Shown here: positions 1-13,067 of the stretch, piece after piece
How the letters are laid out: every line of letters begins with the position of its first letter
How positions within the stretch are numbered: the first letter of the stretch is position 1
DNA from: Adineta vaga
Lineage: Eukaryota; Animalia; Rotifera
Direction of reading: 5' to 3'
Length of the DNA stretch: 64,000 nucleotides
NCBI GenBank assembly: GCA_021613535.1
Contig: CP075493.1
Coordinates: forward strand, 8,060,001 to 8,124,000
Position numbers and translations under genes: made by a program
Notes under the pieces: model-generated
The model's input: only the letters and a program-made list of their open reading frames with translations
Told to the model about the DNA's origin: nothing
The model's database searches: none

Positions 1-531
1 ATCCTTTGAATTTATGTATTCAAGATGGAAAATTCAATGCCGAGTTAAATAAATGTCGAGATAATATCGAATGGATTTGTGGTTTTGATGAAGCAAATTT
101 ACATCGAATTTTGAAGAAAATCGGTGATTTACATGGAGATAATTCGCGTATTGTTGCTATTGTTAATCCTTTACGATATAATTTAAGTAAGTTCATACAA
201 ATACTTAATGAAAACGAGATATATACTTCGAATTTTTTGTTTTAGCGAATAAAACAACTAATATACTTCGTAGTTTACCATCAATTCAACAACTCATCTA
301 TGTATTAAGTAAAACTGATCAACAAATTATGCATAGTTTCTATGAGTATGTCTATATCATTTGATAAATCTATTCATTACTTATCGATCTGCTCGATTTA
401 GATTAGCAGCTGGTACACGATCAAAATTACAAGAAGTTGGTCGACCATTCGTTCCTAGTGATATCTATCCAATTGATTTACTTCCACATACAATGCATAC
501 AGAAGTTGTTGTGAAATGTGTTCGAGTGTAA
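1..531 (+). CDS. TRMT2A/B-like tRNA (uracil-5)-methyltransferase homolog, 3' end only (exons <1-186, 246-345, 402-531); catalytic Cys apparently absent
   Basis: The spliced translation ...FNAELN...IVNPLRYNL TNKTTNILRSLPSIQQLIYVLSKTD...PFVPSDIYPIDLLPHTMHTEVVVKCVRV* is colinear with the TRMT2 C-terminus (DPPRxGL...YVSC...VDLFPxTxHxE). GT-AG introns at 187-245 and 346-401. Confidence 0.8.
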
Positions 532-889
532 ATTAAAACGATATGTTTTCAAAAAAAGAAAATAAAATCATTGATTAATATTGTTGTTTTTGATCACTTA
601 TATATGATGCTTCTAAATAATGATGGCATCATCTCGTCATAATCATCTATAGAATATCTTTGATAAAGTGAACGAAACCGAGCGTCATCTATTGTCAGTC
701 AAATTTATAATCTAGAATGAATCATTTTCAAAATCTGATTGGTTTCTTTCTATTTAAGACGGTGTGTAATCTAGTCTAGCTAGCCGATCGACATCGACTC
801 ATGAATGAATTACTATTCCATTTCGTTGTTTGTATTCTTATCATTTTTACTTTTTTACTTTTAGATCTTTTCTTTCCTCAACTTACTCA

Positions 890-1690
890 ATGGCTTCTAT
901 TAACGATGATGCATATGAATCAATTGGTCTAGTAAAACCTGAAGTTTATGTATATGTGATACCTCCACGTCAATCAACTACACGTAAACATCGTGCTGCT
1001 GATTGGAAATTAGATACACCTAATTATATATGTCGATTAAAAATAATCTCGAAAGGTGAAAAATGTTTAATACGTTTAGAAGATCGAAATACAGGCGGAC
1101 ATTTTGCTACATGTCCAATTGAAAGTTATCCATCCATAGCTGTTGAAAATGTAGAAGATTCCACACGTTATTTTGTTATTCGTGTTCAAAATGATAACGG
1201 TCAACAAGCATTCTTAGGTATTGGTTTTAATGATCGTTCGGATTCATTCGATTTTAATGTTGCTCTACAAGATCATTTTAAATATTTAAAACAAGCGAAA
1301 CAAATTGAACAAGAAGCTCAACAAACGGCAAGTAATCCTTCACAATCACAACAACCAAAATTAGATTTAAGCTTCAAAGAAGGACAAACAATAAAAATCA
1401 ATTTAAAAAGTAGTTTACCAGGTGATGAACAAACAAAAAAATCTGTTAGAAATGCCAATGAATCTTTTGTTCCCGGAATCTTACCACCTCCACCAGGTTC
1501 ATCAATTCCAAAATTAACACCACCACCTGGTTCATCATTACCAAAATTAACACCACCACCTAGTTCAACCAGTGCAAATGTTGTTCCACAATTATCAACT
1601 ACGGCAGTAGCAGCAACATCACCATCACCACCAAATAATAACAATAATAATACAAATGTTCATTCCGATTTGAGTTGGATGCAATTTTAA
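890..1690 (+). CDS. NECAP: Adaptin ear-binding coat-associated protein (NECAP), intronless CDS
   Basis: PHear domain motifs (VYVIPPR, RAADW, DSTRYFVIR, FLGIGFNDRSDSFDFNVALQDHFK), LDLSFKEGQTIKINL, and C-terminal WMQF (WxxF). First ATG at 890. Confidence 0.95.
   Translation: MASINDDAYESIGLVKPEVYVYVIPPRQSTTRKHRAADWKLDTPNYICRLKIISKGEKCLIRLEDRNTGGHFATCPIESYPSIAVENVEDSTRYFVIRVQNDNGQQAFLGIGFNDRSDSFDFNVALQDHFKYLKQAKQIEQEAQQTASNPSQSQQPKLDLSFKEGQTIKINLKSSLPGDEQTKKSVRNANESFVPGILPPPPGSSIPKLTPPPGSSLPKLTPPPSSTSANVVPQLSTTAVAATSPSPPNNNNNNTNVHSDLSWMQF
1481..1567 (+). repeat. 33-nt coding tandem repeat (about 2.5 copies) encoding PPPGSSxPKLT in NECAP
   Basis: ccaccaggttcatcaattccaaaattaaca / ccaccacctggttcatcattaccaaaattaaca / ccaccacctagttca. 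Confidence 0.8.
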
Positions 1691-4600
1691 TTCTTTCTTT
1701 TTGATTGATCTTTTTTTGGTGGAAAAAAAAAGCATTGGTAATATTTAACATATGTAGATGTCTATCTTTCTTCTTTCTTTTGTCTTTTCTTATACGTTTG
1801 AAATGTTATGAACAACAAATAAATCAATTCATTATCGATTATTTCACAGAAATCAAACGTATTATATACATATTATTAGAAAGACCTTAGATTTGTATTC
1901 AAACTGATTGATGCATGCATGTTAAAAATGAATCTAAGTTTCGAAAGTCTAAGCTCAACTGTCGGAATCTAATCTTCGGAAACACCATGTCATGTTTAAT
2001 CTATTTCAATTCTCATCAAGTGATGCTTATTAGATGTAGTAGAAATTTTCTTTGTAATTTGATAGATTTTGACGAGCATCAATCATATACCTCTAGGCTA
2101 ATCTAAAAAATAGAAAATGTATATCTTGCTTTTTTTTCCTAGCATGATTTCTAAATTTTGTTGATTTTGTAATACGGGAAATACGTCATTCAACATAAAT
2201 ACATCGCTATTTAGAACAAAAAAAAATATTTATGAACGCTTTAAGTATTTATTTTCAATAACAATCAGAACAAAAACGAAGTGAATAGAAATCTTAACTG
2301 AACAATGAATAAAATATTCATTTGAAAGAGAAAAAAAAGTGTTTCTTCTTTTCATTACTTAAGGACACATTGTCGACGACATTGACTTGAGAAAACGATT
2401 CATAGCATGGCGTAGACATACGATAAAATAAACATATCGACATGCGTACTCTCTGTTTCTCTTTTCTATCGATCAAAGAACATACGAATCGGTAATAAGA
2501 GATGAAGTTTTTTTTGATTTCCCTACGTTCGTTCCATTAATAGAGGGAGAGAGAGAAGAAAGTGTGTATGTATTTGTATACATGTTTATTCTATACAATG
2601 CGTATCTTCTACGAGGTCAAGTCTTATGAAATCAACATCCTGCTATGTTGGTGGTGATAGGAAGAGAAAAACTTAATTCAATTTTATTCGTTTCTCTACG
2701 ATCCATCGTATCATTTTGTTTCCTTTCTAATTGAAATTATTTGCCATTCAAAAACAACAATGAAAACCAGGATTTTGAAAAGGGATATGCTTTTACGCTT
2801 CAAGGATTAGCATGAATTTCTTTACAAATAGTATGTAAAACGTAATTTTCTATTTATATATTCATTTCATGCCAGATAGACTTAGAAAATCATTTCGGTC
2901 TGAAATATGCTAAAGATAGTTGTCAGTGTAGAAGATCTGTCTTGTTTCTAAAGCTTTTCTTCTCATCATCATATTATTAGCGGATTAGAGATCTTATTTC
3001 AAATAAAGCCTTTAAAGTTCAGGAAATAGAATACGTATCGTCGAAATATCATTAGTTCATTATTTTAATAATCTTAGTTGAAGTTTTTCTTTCGTATAAA
3101 TTACGGATGTTCGATAAATCAAGTTCGCAGTGAATAATACTTCATTTGATGTTTTACGCATTCACAAAAATCTTTAACTATATCATTGGCTTGATTAACA
3201 TATGTCACGTATTTCAAGATTACACTCATTTTTCTGTAACTCTATGCTATATGATTTGATTCATTGAGCAACGAAATCATATATCTTCTTTAAAAATGAC
3301 AAGATCTTATTATTTACAAGAGTTTTGATTGATAGTTTCGTTTGCTTTTTGTGTGTTAGCCTTGAATACTGTTCTATTCATCGACAACATTTCAAATAGA
3401 GTATCAATGATATTTCTTTTTGAACAAAGAAAACATCCTTTAACAGTTCGTTCGTTCTTTACCTACATGCTCCATTGAATCGTATATCTATGCATGTTTA
3501 TGACAAATAATCAAATTATCTAATTGTGCACTTGAGTTTTTGTTTTCACATCTGAAGAAAATCGGTTAGAATAGATATTACACCATACTATGTTAATGGT
3601 GCATATCTATGGAAATATCTATCGGCATGATTGCTGATTACTGCTTGAGAAGAGAAAGAAATGGTTCATTTATATACAAAAATTAGGTGCTATTATTGTA
3701 GCACAACAAGAAAATCACTATTGTATATGATGGCGTCCGAAAAAAAACAGTTAGCTGATTCTTTTTTTTTAAATTCATTACGAAACATGTAGTTAGTTCT
3801 GTTCACTTTCCGAAACAAACAAAATTACGGGAAATATTAGACACTAATAAGCGGGTTGCTCCTACGCGTAGCCTCATAATTGACAAGTTCAACCGAAGAA
3901 AAACTGGTTGTTGTTTTGAGTCAAAGCCGTACGTCTTCAAGAGGAAAAAAAAAGAGAATAATGATTAAGTTCATGTAGAAAAAAAGAGAAATTAGTTAGA
4001 AAAGAAATATTTGTCTGTCTGTTTTCTCTAGGTTTTTCTTCTTCTTCTTCTTTGGCATCGTACTTTCGATGTATGCTATCATTCTCTCTATTCTATTCTT
4101 GATGACAGCGTAGTAATCGTCAAAAAAAAGAAGAGTAAGAGAGACAGAGAGAAAAAAAGACAAGCTGTAATATAATGAAAGAAAATCTCGATTGTTCTTT
4201 ATATATGAATGAATAAATGAATATTAGTGAGAGAAAACTAAGACTTTCTGTCTCGCTTTTCATAATAAAAGGAACCTTCATTATCATCATGTAACATGAC
4301 TTTCAATCATCTTTTGTCACCAATCTACTGTTTTCCTCTAATTAATCATTCAAAAAATATAAAAAGAAAAGGTAGATGTGTCTAACTATTATCTCGATTA
4401 GATCTGATTAAAGACGTAAGTAATTCAACATATGCATGTAGATTTCTTTTAAATCGATATTAAATACGTCTTCAAATATGTACACGTTTCAAATTCATTA
4501 TATCTATCAAAGGAAATGAATATTGCTAGAACATACTTTCCTTTTCCTTGTATGATTAGTGTAGTTTTTTTTTATAATAGTTTTATCGACAAATATATCC

Positions 4601-5493
4601 CTTTCCCCTTTCTCTCTCTCTCTCTTTATATTCATTCTAATATTAGTTAGTAATACTAATATATAATAAAATCTTATTTTAATGGAATCCAAACACGATC
4701 TAAAAAGCTTTTAATAACCATTCTATAGACTGTTAATAAGCAAAGATCAACGAATAAGTTAATCCGTGGGGAAAGTTAGTTATGATACAGAATACAAAAA
4801 AGCAACGAGGAGGATAGCTGACAATACAATCTTATGTAGAAAATATAAGTATTTCACCGTAACTGACAATGTAGAACGATCAGAGATTCTTGCATTCTTT
4901 TTTTATCCATTCTCAGTGCGATCAACACATCTATCGAATTAACACATTTTACTTTGTATTCTAACTTGTTAATTATTATTTCATCACTGTATTCACCATG
5001 TCGAATATAAAAATAGTGCATTACTTATTCTAACTTATAGATAAGAAAAAAACAAAAACAAAGACATTTTCTTAGTTTTTGTTTCTATTCAATATTATGT
5101 TTAAATGACTTCACGATTGATTTACATCATTTACTGTTATCTATAGATATTTTTGAGTTCTATACAATAGATTTCTTGTAAGACAAACAACACTTATATA
5201 TAATTAATAATAGAAAAGCATCATTTCTTGCTCTATTCTTCATCGTTCATATCTTTGAGACTAAAAATGTCAATCCATTAGAGTTCGACATAAATACTTC
5301 TTCTTTTCTTAACAGGCGGATATTACACATCCGCTATTCTCATAGGGCCGATCGAGTCTCATCTCAATAAAGATGTTTGTCTATCCTTTTTTTTTGTTTT
5401 GAAAGAAAGCATATGCAAATCGTTCGTTCGTTCGTTCTGTTATAAAATACAGAAAAAAGTAAATTGATTATTTTCATGCCATTTTAGATTGTA

Positions 5494-6837
5494 ATGGAAC
5501 AAAATTTAACGGAAAATTCTTCTCTAACATCGAATATTTCACGTATTGATGATATCGATTATGGTATTGATTATCTTCTACTCTTTCGTCTTGTTGTTTG
5601 GGGTTATATTGGCATGGTATTAAGTATATTTGGTATTATGGGAAATATCATAACTATATTAGTACTTATATCACCATCGATGCGTACAACATCAACAAAT
5701 ATTTATTTAACAGCATTATCATGTTCAAATATACTTTTTCTTCTTATATTTATTCCATCCTATTCAATAAGATATTTATTAGGATACAGTGTATATATGT
5801 CAAATCAGCCTCCATTTGCTTTTGAAATACTTCTCACACGTTTACCAACAACGCCTATTTATAATACAATACTTCTATCAATTATTTATTTAACAATTGC
5901 TCTTTCAACGGATCGTCTTATATTAGTGAAATTTCCACTGAAATCTAAACGTATCTTAACAAAACGTACAACTTTAATAACGATTTTTTTCATTTATATT
6001 TTTTCTATTCTCTACTGTATTCCATATTGGTTCGAACAAGAATATGATCCAAAAAGTAAACGATGTTATCTAACAAAGATTGGAGAACGAATCTATAAAT
6101 ATACAAGAATTTATACATATATACCCGTTGTTTATGTGATACCATTTCTTACATTAGCATGTATTAATACAAGTATTATTCAATGTTTAATTGAAAAGAA
6201 ACGTCATAAACAGAGTTTAGTAGGCCGAACAAATAAGAAGAAAACAGCTGATTATCGTATAACATTAATGCTTGTTGCTGTTATTATTGTTTTTGTTCTC
6301 AGTCAATTACCCTTACTTGTATTAAATGTTTGGTATGCAATTGATCATCGAGGAGCGGACAAAAGTTTAAAATTTCAAACATTAAATTCTGCTGGAATTT
6401 TACTTATTGTTTTAAATACTTCAACAAATTTTTTACTTTATTGTTGTTTTGGTCAAAAATTTCGTGAAACATTAATCGAATTTATTCTAAGTTTTTTTCC
6501 TAATCATATGAAAACTTTGCATAGACAACGATCGAGTCTCAATCGTAATCAATTATTATTAGAAGCTCAGCAACATCGAACATCACGTACATCATCAACA
6601 ACAACAAATGATTCAAAAATGATTCGAATTAAAACACTTGATTTCGATCCACATATTCTAATCGAATCAACTTTACCATCAGATCACATTTCAACACAAA
6701 AATCTGATGAAGAATCACGCCCATTGTTACCATCTTCAATTGTCAATTCTCAAGATTCTACGAAACAGCTTGCTTCAATTGATTCACACAAACATACATC
6801 ACTCGATGAAAATCAAATATTAGTATTAAAGATCTAA
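5494..6837 (+). CDS. Rhodopsin-family peptide GPCR, FMRFamide/sex-peptide-receptor-like
   Basis: 447-aa ORF with seven hydrophobic segments: GN in TM1, MRTTSTNIYLTALS, TDRL at the DRY position, SQLP in TM6 and NFLLYC..GQKFR in TM7/helix 8. Confidence 0.9.
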   Translation: MEQNLTENSSLTSNISRIDDIDYGIDYLLLFRLVVWGYIGMVLSIFGIMGNIITILVLISPSMRTTSTNIYLTALSCSNILFLLIFIPSYSIRYLLGYSVYMSNQPPFAFEILLTRLPTTPIYNTILLSIIYLTIALSTDRLILVKFPLKSKRILTKRTTLITIFFIYIFSILYCIPYWFEQEYDPKSKRCYLTKIGERIYKYTRIYTYIPVVYVIPFLTLACINTSIIQCLIEKKRHKQSLVGRTNKKKTADYRITLMLVAVIIVFVLSQLPLLVLNVWYAIDHRGADKSLKFQTLNSAGILLIVLNTSTNFLLYCCFGQKFRETLIEFILSFFPNHMKTLHRQRSSLNRNQLLLEAQQHRTSRTSSTTTNDSKMIRIKTLDFDPHILIESTLPSDHISTQKSDEESRPLLPSSIVNSQDSTKQLASIDSHKHTSLDENQILVLKI

Positions 6838-7975
6838 TAAACAATTACTTTTGGTGCTATTTTAATAAAGAATATTCATCAAATGTGTTTTTTTCCTATT
6901 ATATAAAAGAAATATTTTTCTTCACGAAGTATTATCTGATGTTTATTTATTCAGAAAAATCCTTATTTAAATGTTATGTTAATTGAAACATCAGAATGTA
7001 CATATTATCTAAAAAAAGCATCTAAATAACAAGTCTATTAATTGGATAAGTCATTAAAATGCAAGAGAGAGAGAAAAAAACTACTTTTGTCGTATCCGAA
7101 ACGATTTCATTAGGATGAGAAATAAAGCGGAAGAATAATACCAACAACAACAACAGACACTCATTAGGTGACTTTCATTTGTTGTTTTTTTTATGTCATG
7201 ATTTCCGACGTGACGAAAGATAATATTACGGTGCTAATGATCTTATCATAAAAATCCATCTGTCTTCTAGCTTTTCTCTAGATAACTTATCAGTTAGATA
7301 TTTTGCGTTTAGATAGACAAAGTAAAAAACCTTACGTAAAATATCATCTTCCGAATATTAAATAAACTATAACTAATAATTACAAGATTCAGATTCATTA
7401 AGATATTGCAGTTGGGAAATATGATCTATTATTAAATTAATTAACGAATTGATTAACTGTTAATATAATGAAAATTAGAATAGATTTGTAGTTTTGAATT
7501 CCGAACAAAACACAAGTCTATATGAAGACTAAAGTTTCAGGGCATCGGAAATAGATTGTGTAGGAGCTCTTGACGCGATGAGTTATAGTTACAAGTACGA
7601 ACTACTTATGTTTCGATTGCTACTCGATCATTGTTAGTATAACTTCAAAAATAGTTCGAATAAATCATTTATCGATATAAATAAATCATCTATATCGTAG
7701 CCGAAACATTGCGAACTTATTATAACGTTTACTGATAGTTTGTAGAAATGAATTTAGAGCATATATAATGAATATTTCTTGTTGTCCTTGAGTTATAAAT
7801 GGATGATAGGATCAATCAATTAACAAACTAATTTGTGTGAGAATAGATTCGTAACTTAGATAATATTCTATTTACGTGATAAAAGAATTGAGAAAAGTTT
7901 GTTTGTTTTTATTTTTATATTTATTTCTATCTGAATAAGTAACATACAATAAAAGAAAACAGAATTGAATTGATA

Positions 7976-8662
7976 TTATTTATTAATTAATGGTACAACA
8001 CCTATCATATATCCATTGAAACTTATTCCATCTCTATTGAGAGCATTTTGACATGAAACATGATTTGTATAGATAATATTTAAGAAATTTCCATTTTCAC
8101 ATCCTAATGGTCGTTCAATTTTGTCAATTTGACCAATATCTTGAAATTGTTGAACAATTAATTCTATATCATCTTCACGAAAACCAAATACTGATACACC
8201 CGTGCTACTTGTTGATCCTTGATTTGTCGTATTGATTGAATAATTTAAAGATTTCTTCTTTGTTGTTTTCATATTTGTATAGGAAAAAGCAGGAAATACA
8301 TCTGTCATTGTTCGTAATGGAACAATTGTTTTTTCGATAGGTACATCAACAATTTGTGCAGTTGAACGTGTCGTTGGTCGAGTAGAAGTTATATTATTCG
8401 ATGGACTAGCAGGAAATAAACGATATTGATTCGACTGTTTGGCTGACAATCGACTAGTATTTGTTGTTAATGTTGTCATAGGACTTTTAGCTAATGGAGA
8501 AAAAGCTTGAGCTGATAAAAATGAAGGCATTACATTGGATGAAGGAGTCGATATACGTTGTTGAAAAGTTTGATCCAGAAGAAAACATGGATAAGTATCA
8601 TGTGTAGAAATTTGCCGTTTAAATTCTTGATGTTGTTGTTCAATGGATGTTGATGATGACAT
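7976..8662 (-). CDS. NUP35: Nucleoporin NUP35/NUP53-like
   Basis: Ser/Thr/Pro-rich N-terminus followed by a Nup53-type RRM (VSVFGF...IVQQFQDIGQI...NFLNIIY...ALNRDG..F.GYMIGVVP). Confidence 0.8.
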   Translation of the reverse strand: MSSSTSIEQQHQEFKRQISTHDTYPCFLLDQTFQQRISTPSSNVMPSFLSAQAFSPLAKSPMTTLTTNTSRLSAKQSNQYRLFPASPSNNITSTRPTTRSTAQIVDVPIEKTIVPLRTMTDVFPAFSYTNMKTTKKKSLNYSINTTNQGSTSSTGVSVFGFREDDIELIVQQFQDIGQIDKIERPLGCENGNFLNIIYTNHVSCQNALNRDGISFNGYMIGVVPLINK

Positions 8663-9471
8663 TTTGATTCTCTAAAATAAAGATAATGGTAGTCAATAAT
8701 TCTATTGAAATATTAAAAATAGCCAATACTCTTGTTCTAATTTCGATGAAATTAGTTTTGATTAGTTTAAATTATCAGATGAAAATGAAAAAAAGCCTCT
8801 CATTTCGGTTCCTATTGATTTTCAATCGCAATATATGTCTGTTCATACATAGTTAGTTTTTCTTTATATACTTTCATTTCACTCTCGTATGTCTCATCCA
8901 GTTTCTTTTTCATTGGATAGACTTCTGTACTCAAACAGATATTAAATAACTCTTTGGCGATAGATGGCAATAATTCACAATTCGAACTAGCATACAATAT
9001 GCAAATCCATACTACTTTGAATATGATGTACATTTCAGATTGAATCTAGTGAATCTAACATAACTCGATCAGACTTTTACGGTCTGAAATTCTCTAATTT
9101 CATCCAATGTAACGTCATACAATGTCATAAAAATGATACTTGTCATTGGCATCATTCTATGGTTGTCATCTCTGATTCTCTAATTATTTTGTGTTGATTT
9201 CGTTGGTCAACTCTTGTTTGTTCCTATACAGTTTTGCAAATGTAATTACGATATATGATATTATTTCATCTATACAAAAATATATCTGTTGATTGTTTAT
9301 GCATCGGCATATTTTCTTCGATAAATTCTTTAAATATATTTATTTTTTGACTAAACAAATACAAACAGACATAGCACACTGTTCATTGTAGAACAACAAA
9401 ACGATTGTCATATATAAAGTATAAAAAAACAAACGATTACTAAAACTCGGAATACAATAGAGATAATTTTC

Positions 9472-9894
9472 TCAATATAAGAATGGTTTGGTTTTGCAAA
9501 AGAGAAGAACATATGGTAACAATGTTCGTGTCCACAATGTACAGAAGATCGACTGACATAGAAGACGTATTGATAAATAATGAAGATTACGATTGAATTC
9601 GTTATCCTAAAGAGACAAAGAAAACAAAATATATTTAAATTATGAAAAAAAATAATAATTTTTCGGACTTACTTGACAATATTTTCGATCCATTTGATCA
9701 GCAACAAGTCGTAATGATTGTGCTATTTCTTTACAAGTTATTTTTGTTTGATCAGAAGACGTAGAATGAACAACTTGTCGTCGTTCACAATCATTTACAA
9801 TATCAGGAAGATGTGAAAATGTTTTATTTATATTAATAATCATCATTGATTTATGAGATACAAGTGATAATGGATACAGAGTCATATCAGTCAT
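9472..9894 (-). CDS. Candidate BH3-only protein, about 118 aa (exons 9894-9673, 9606-9472)
   Basis: Contains EIAQSLRLVADQMD, matching the BH3 consensus. A phase-0 intron (9672-9607, gtaagt...tttag) joins an exon encoding a hydrophobic C-terminal tail. Confidence 0.6.
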
Positions 9895-12244
9895 TGTAAT
9901 ACGTTTGTTGTCTAGCGTCCTCACACGTCTTGATAGATGGTGTGATATCTCAACACGTTGACAATAAGGAAAAGGAAGAGTATGTATGTGGCGTGTCCAC
10001 AAGTGACTGATAAGTAATCGTGTTTTTGATTGAATGAATGATTGAGGGTCAGTTTCCTCTATTTATGTATGTTGAGGAGAAGAGAAACAATCTATAATTA
10101 TATTCTCTTTCCTTTCTCCTTTTCTCGTTCTCCTTTCGGTCAACTTTTCGCCAACGTTGTCTAGCAACAGAGAAGCTTGCTACCTTTTCTTGACCTCTAC
10201 ATGCTTATTCTCTCTTTCTTCCTCTCGTGCGTGTGCGCATCTTTTCTAAGAGTCTGTTCTGTTCACAGTAGGACTAACACCAAGAGAAAAGAGTGAATTA
10301 ATCAAGAAAGAACAACATCATTATAGTTGACATATTCTTTGTATTTAAATGATTTTGAATTTTGTACCTATCTTTGTCTGAAAACACTGCACAACAGAAT
10401 ATAATCTCTTCGATATTTAGTTAAATGAAATCGGACATTGATGTGTTATCCGAGAATAGTGATTGAAAGATAATTGAGTGTTAAATGGAATAAATCGATC
10501 AATTGACTGGTAGTCTCAAGGGATGAGCATATGTTAATAAAGTGAATAAAAGAAGAGAAAATTTCGATCGAGACTCAAAGAAGTAACATTGATCATGTTT
10601 GATCTTGTAAATATTTATCTATCATTGTCTCATACTGTGTTGAAAAGAAAACAAATCTTCTTCTCAGATATCAAAGTAGGCATGCTTCATTAAATTTATG
10701 TCTTGCTGATTAGATCGATTGAGTTTTAGATACTCACAACTTTCATTTTTGATGTTACTATTCATGTTGATATGTAGATGTGAAATACGAAACATATCGA
10801 TAGGTGAAGTAATACATATTTCAATTGTGTGTTTTCCTCCTATTTAAGAGTCATATCTTACTCAATGAATGAAAACAATGCTGTACATCGTCCTACATAC
10901 GCTTGATTGCATATGAATAGATTGTGCAGAGAAAAACAATAAGCTATATTTAAACAATCCACTTTCACCGTTTCTGGCAATGCACTTCAAATTTTTTCCA
11001 GACAACATCATTAGAACAAAAGAAGTACTAATAAGGATTATTCTACCATTGATCATGTATAAAAGAGAACAATTCAGACATGAATATTTGCACATCAATC
11101 ATAAGCATTTATGTCTCACTTTTTTTTTATTGTATCGATCAGAAAACAGTGTCTCAATTGACTATTCCTTGCTTTTTATTTGATGTCCTACCGCGTTAAT
11201 TTTTCTCCCTATCTATCATGATGTTTGCAAATTGACAAACATCGTTTTTACCGTTCATTTGAACAGTTCTTTCATTACTCTCAAACTGCATGATATTGGC
11301 GTCAACTAATAATCATTGCGACGAACTTTTTCCTATTATAAACAGCATGTCATAGGCGTCGTTTAGTCTAATATGAAATAAATGATACAAAGTTTACAAG
11401 CACACCGGAATCGAAGATAAACAGACAAGATTATATTTATTATCTCCTGCTATTGTATGCTAAAGTATGTAGACGATACCTAGTATATATATATATGATA
11501 AAAGTTCATTTCCGTTTGACTGGCTGGGATGTTAACACGAAAGCGGAAATTTTGTTCTTAACAATTCAGATATTCAGGAATCTAATTTAATGATCGAATG
11601 ACTATTGTATTAGTTGATCGATAGGTTTATTTACGATGTTTTGCTCGATCAGAATATATGTATCAGTCGGTAAAGATCAAATAAGGAATAATTAATGTTG
11701 ATTTTACTACTAGAAGCATTAGAAAAATGACACTTAATTGCTAAGTAGAGAAGCTTTTAAAGAAAAGAAAAAGTCTAATTGTCAGGTGCGATATGTATAC
11801 GCGTGTACTAAGTGTCAAAGGAAACTTTTGATCACGTTCACTTTATTTAGAAGATGACAGAGAAAAAGAACAGTTCAAGTTTAGAAGATCAAACAAAACA
11901 TGTTGTTTTTCTATTGGGAATTAATCTCCGATTGTTTCTCCTCCTCTGTTATCTTTGATTTCGTTAGCCTTGAGCGATACAATTCTTCTGTTCGAATACA
12001 TACATCATCATATCGATGATGAGATTATCAATACATAATAAGAAGTACCGATGCATGAATAAACATGATAGAATTGTTGTTTTCATTTTATTACAAAAAA
12101 AATCAAACTTGCTCATCAGAGCCACAGAGTATTGTGTTGGTTGAAATGAGCACAAAATAGTGAAAAAAAATCAGTTTAAAAAAGCAAACAAATATTAATC
12201 GAGCACCAGTTACAATCAGTGGAATAGGTATATATATATATCAT

Positions 12245-13067
12245 CTAAGATTCGTCAGGAGCAGTAGGCTGTGGTGCCGCTAGTGAACTACGTCTCGAAT
12301 GATACTGTGGTGGTGCACTTGGTACACGTGGTCCTATGCCGAAATCATTGGGATGAGTTGTAACAAAATTATACGGTGGTGGTATTCCATCTTTCACTGC
12401 TGTATCTTTGATTATTGTATCATAATCTGGTAAATCATCATTATCCAATATATAAACAGGATTAGTATGCGTTGGAGCAGAAGTAGGTGTCGTCACTAAT
12501 TAACAACAGAAATATTCAATAGAAAATTAAGTTTACAATGAAATCTTATATGTACCTCGGTGACGATTACTACAGGGACATTTATGTCCACATAAACATG
12601 TTTTCCATAGTGGACGACAATAAATGAAACAAACAGCAAGTATACAAACACCAGTGATGACAAAAAACGGAATCGCTCTAAAGAAAATCGATCGAAAACA
12701 ATTTGCGAATATAAATTAAGATCAATATTGACTTACATTGAACCCCAAGAAACACTTGAACAACATGCTGTGTCAGGCGACATAGCTAACGACGTGCAAC
12801 AATCATCATTACAACTTCACACATAAAATAAAAAGAACACATTTCCTCCATTTTCTAATAAAAACTAGTGATTTCTTTTACCTGATTGCTATTCTCGTGG
12901 AATTTCTATTTTGATAATAGCATATTTCTTTGGCTTCAACCTGTTAATATTATAAAATGTTAATAATCGATATTAAAATATTTATATATATTCATATAGA
13001 TAACCTTGACGAAACGAAATTGTTGAAAGACGAGAACGTGTAAACCAATAACTAATAGTGCATACAT
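12245..13067 (-). CDS. Shisa-like/WBP1/VOPP1-type single-pass membrane protein with PY motifs (5 exons)
   Basis: Spliced product: signal-like MYALLVIGLHVLVF; 6-Cys ectodomain (C..C..CC..CC); TM segment IAIPFFVITGVCILAVCFIYC; Cys-rich juxtamembrane region; tail with LPDY, PPPY and PPQY. All junctions are GT-AG and in frame. Confidence 0.75.

Noticed and set aside
1318-1644. 108-aa antisense ORF with GGGVNFG repeats
   Set aside because: It is the mirror of the Pro-rich NECAP repeat and has no independent coding evidence.
8812-9033. 73-aa ORF upstream of NUP35
   Set aside because: No recognisable motif or supported splice partner. It could be a remnant, but that cannot be supported.
10591-10687. 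p53-like half sites (AGGCATGCTT; GATCATGTTT-GATCTTGTAA) upstream of the BH3 candidate
   Set aside because: An isolated half site and a mismatched pair are expected by chance at this length.
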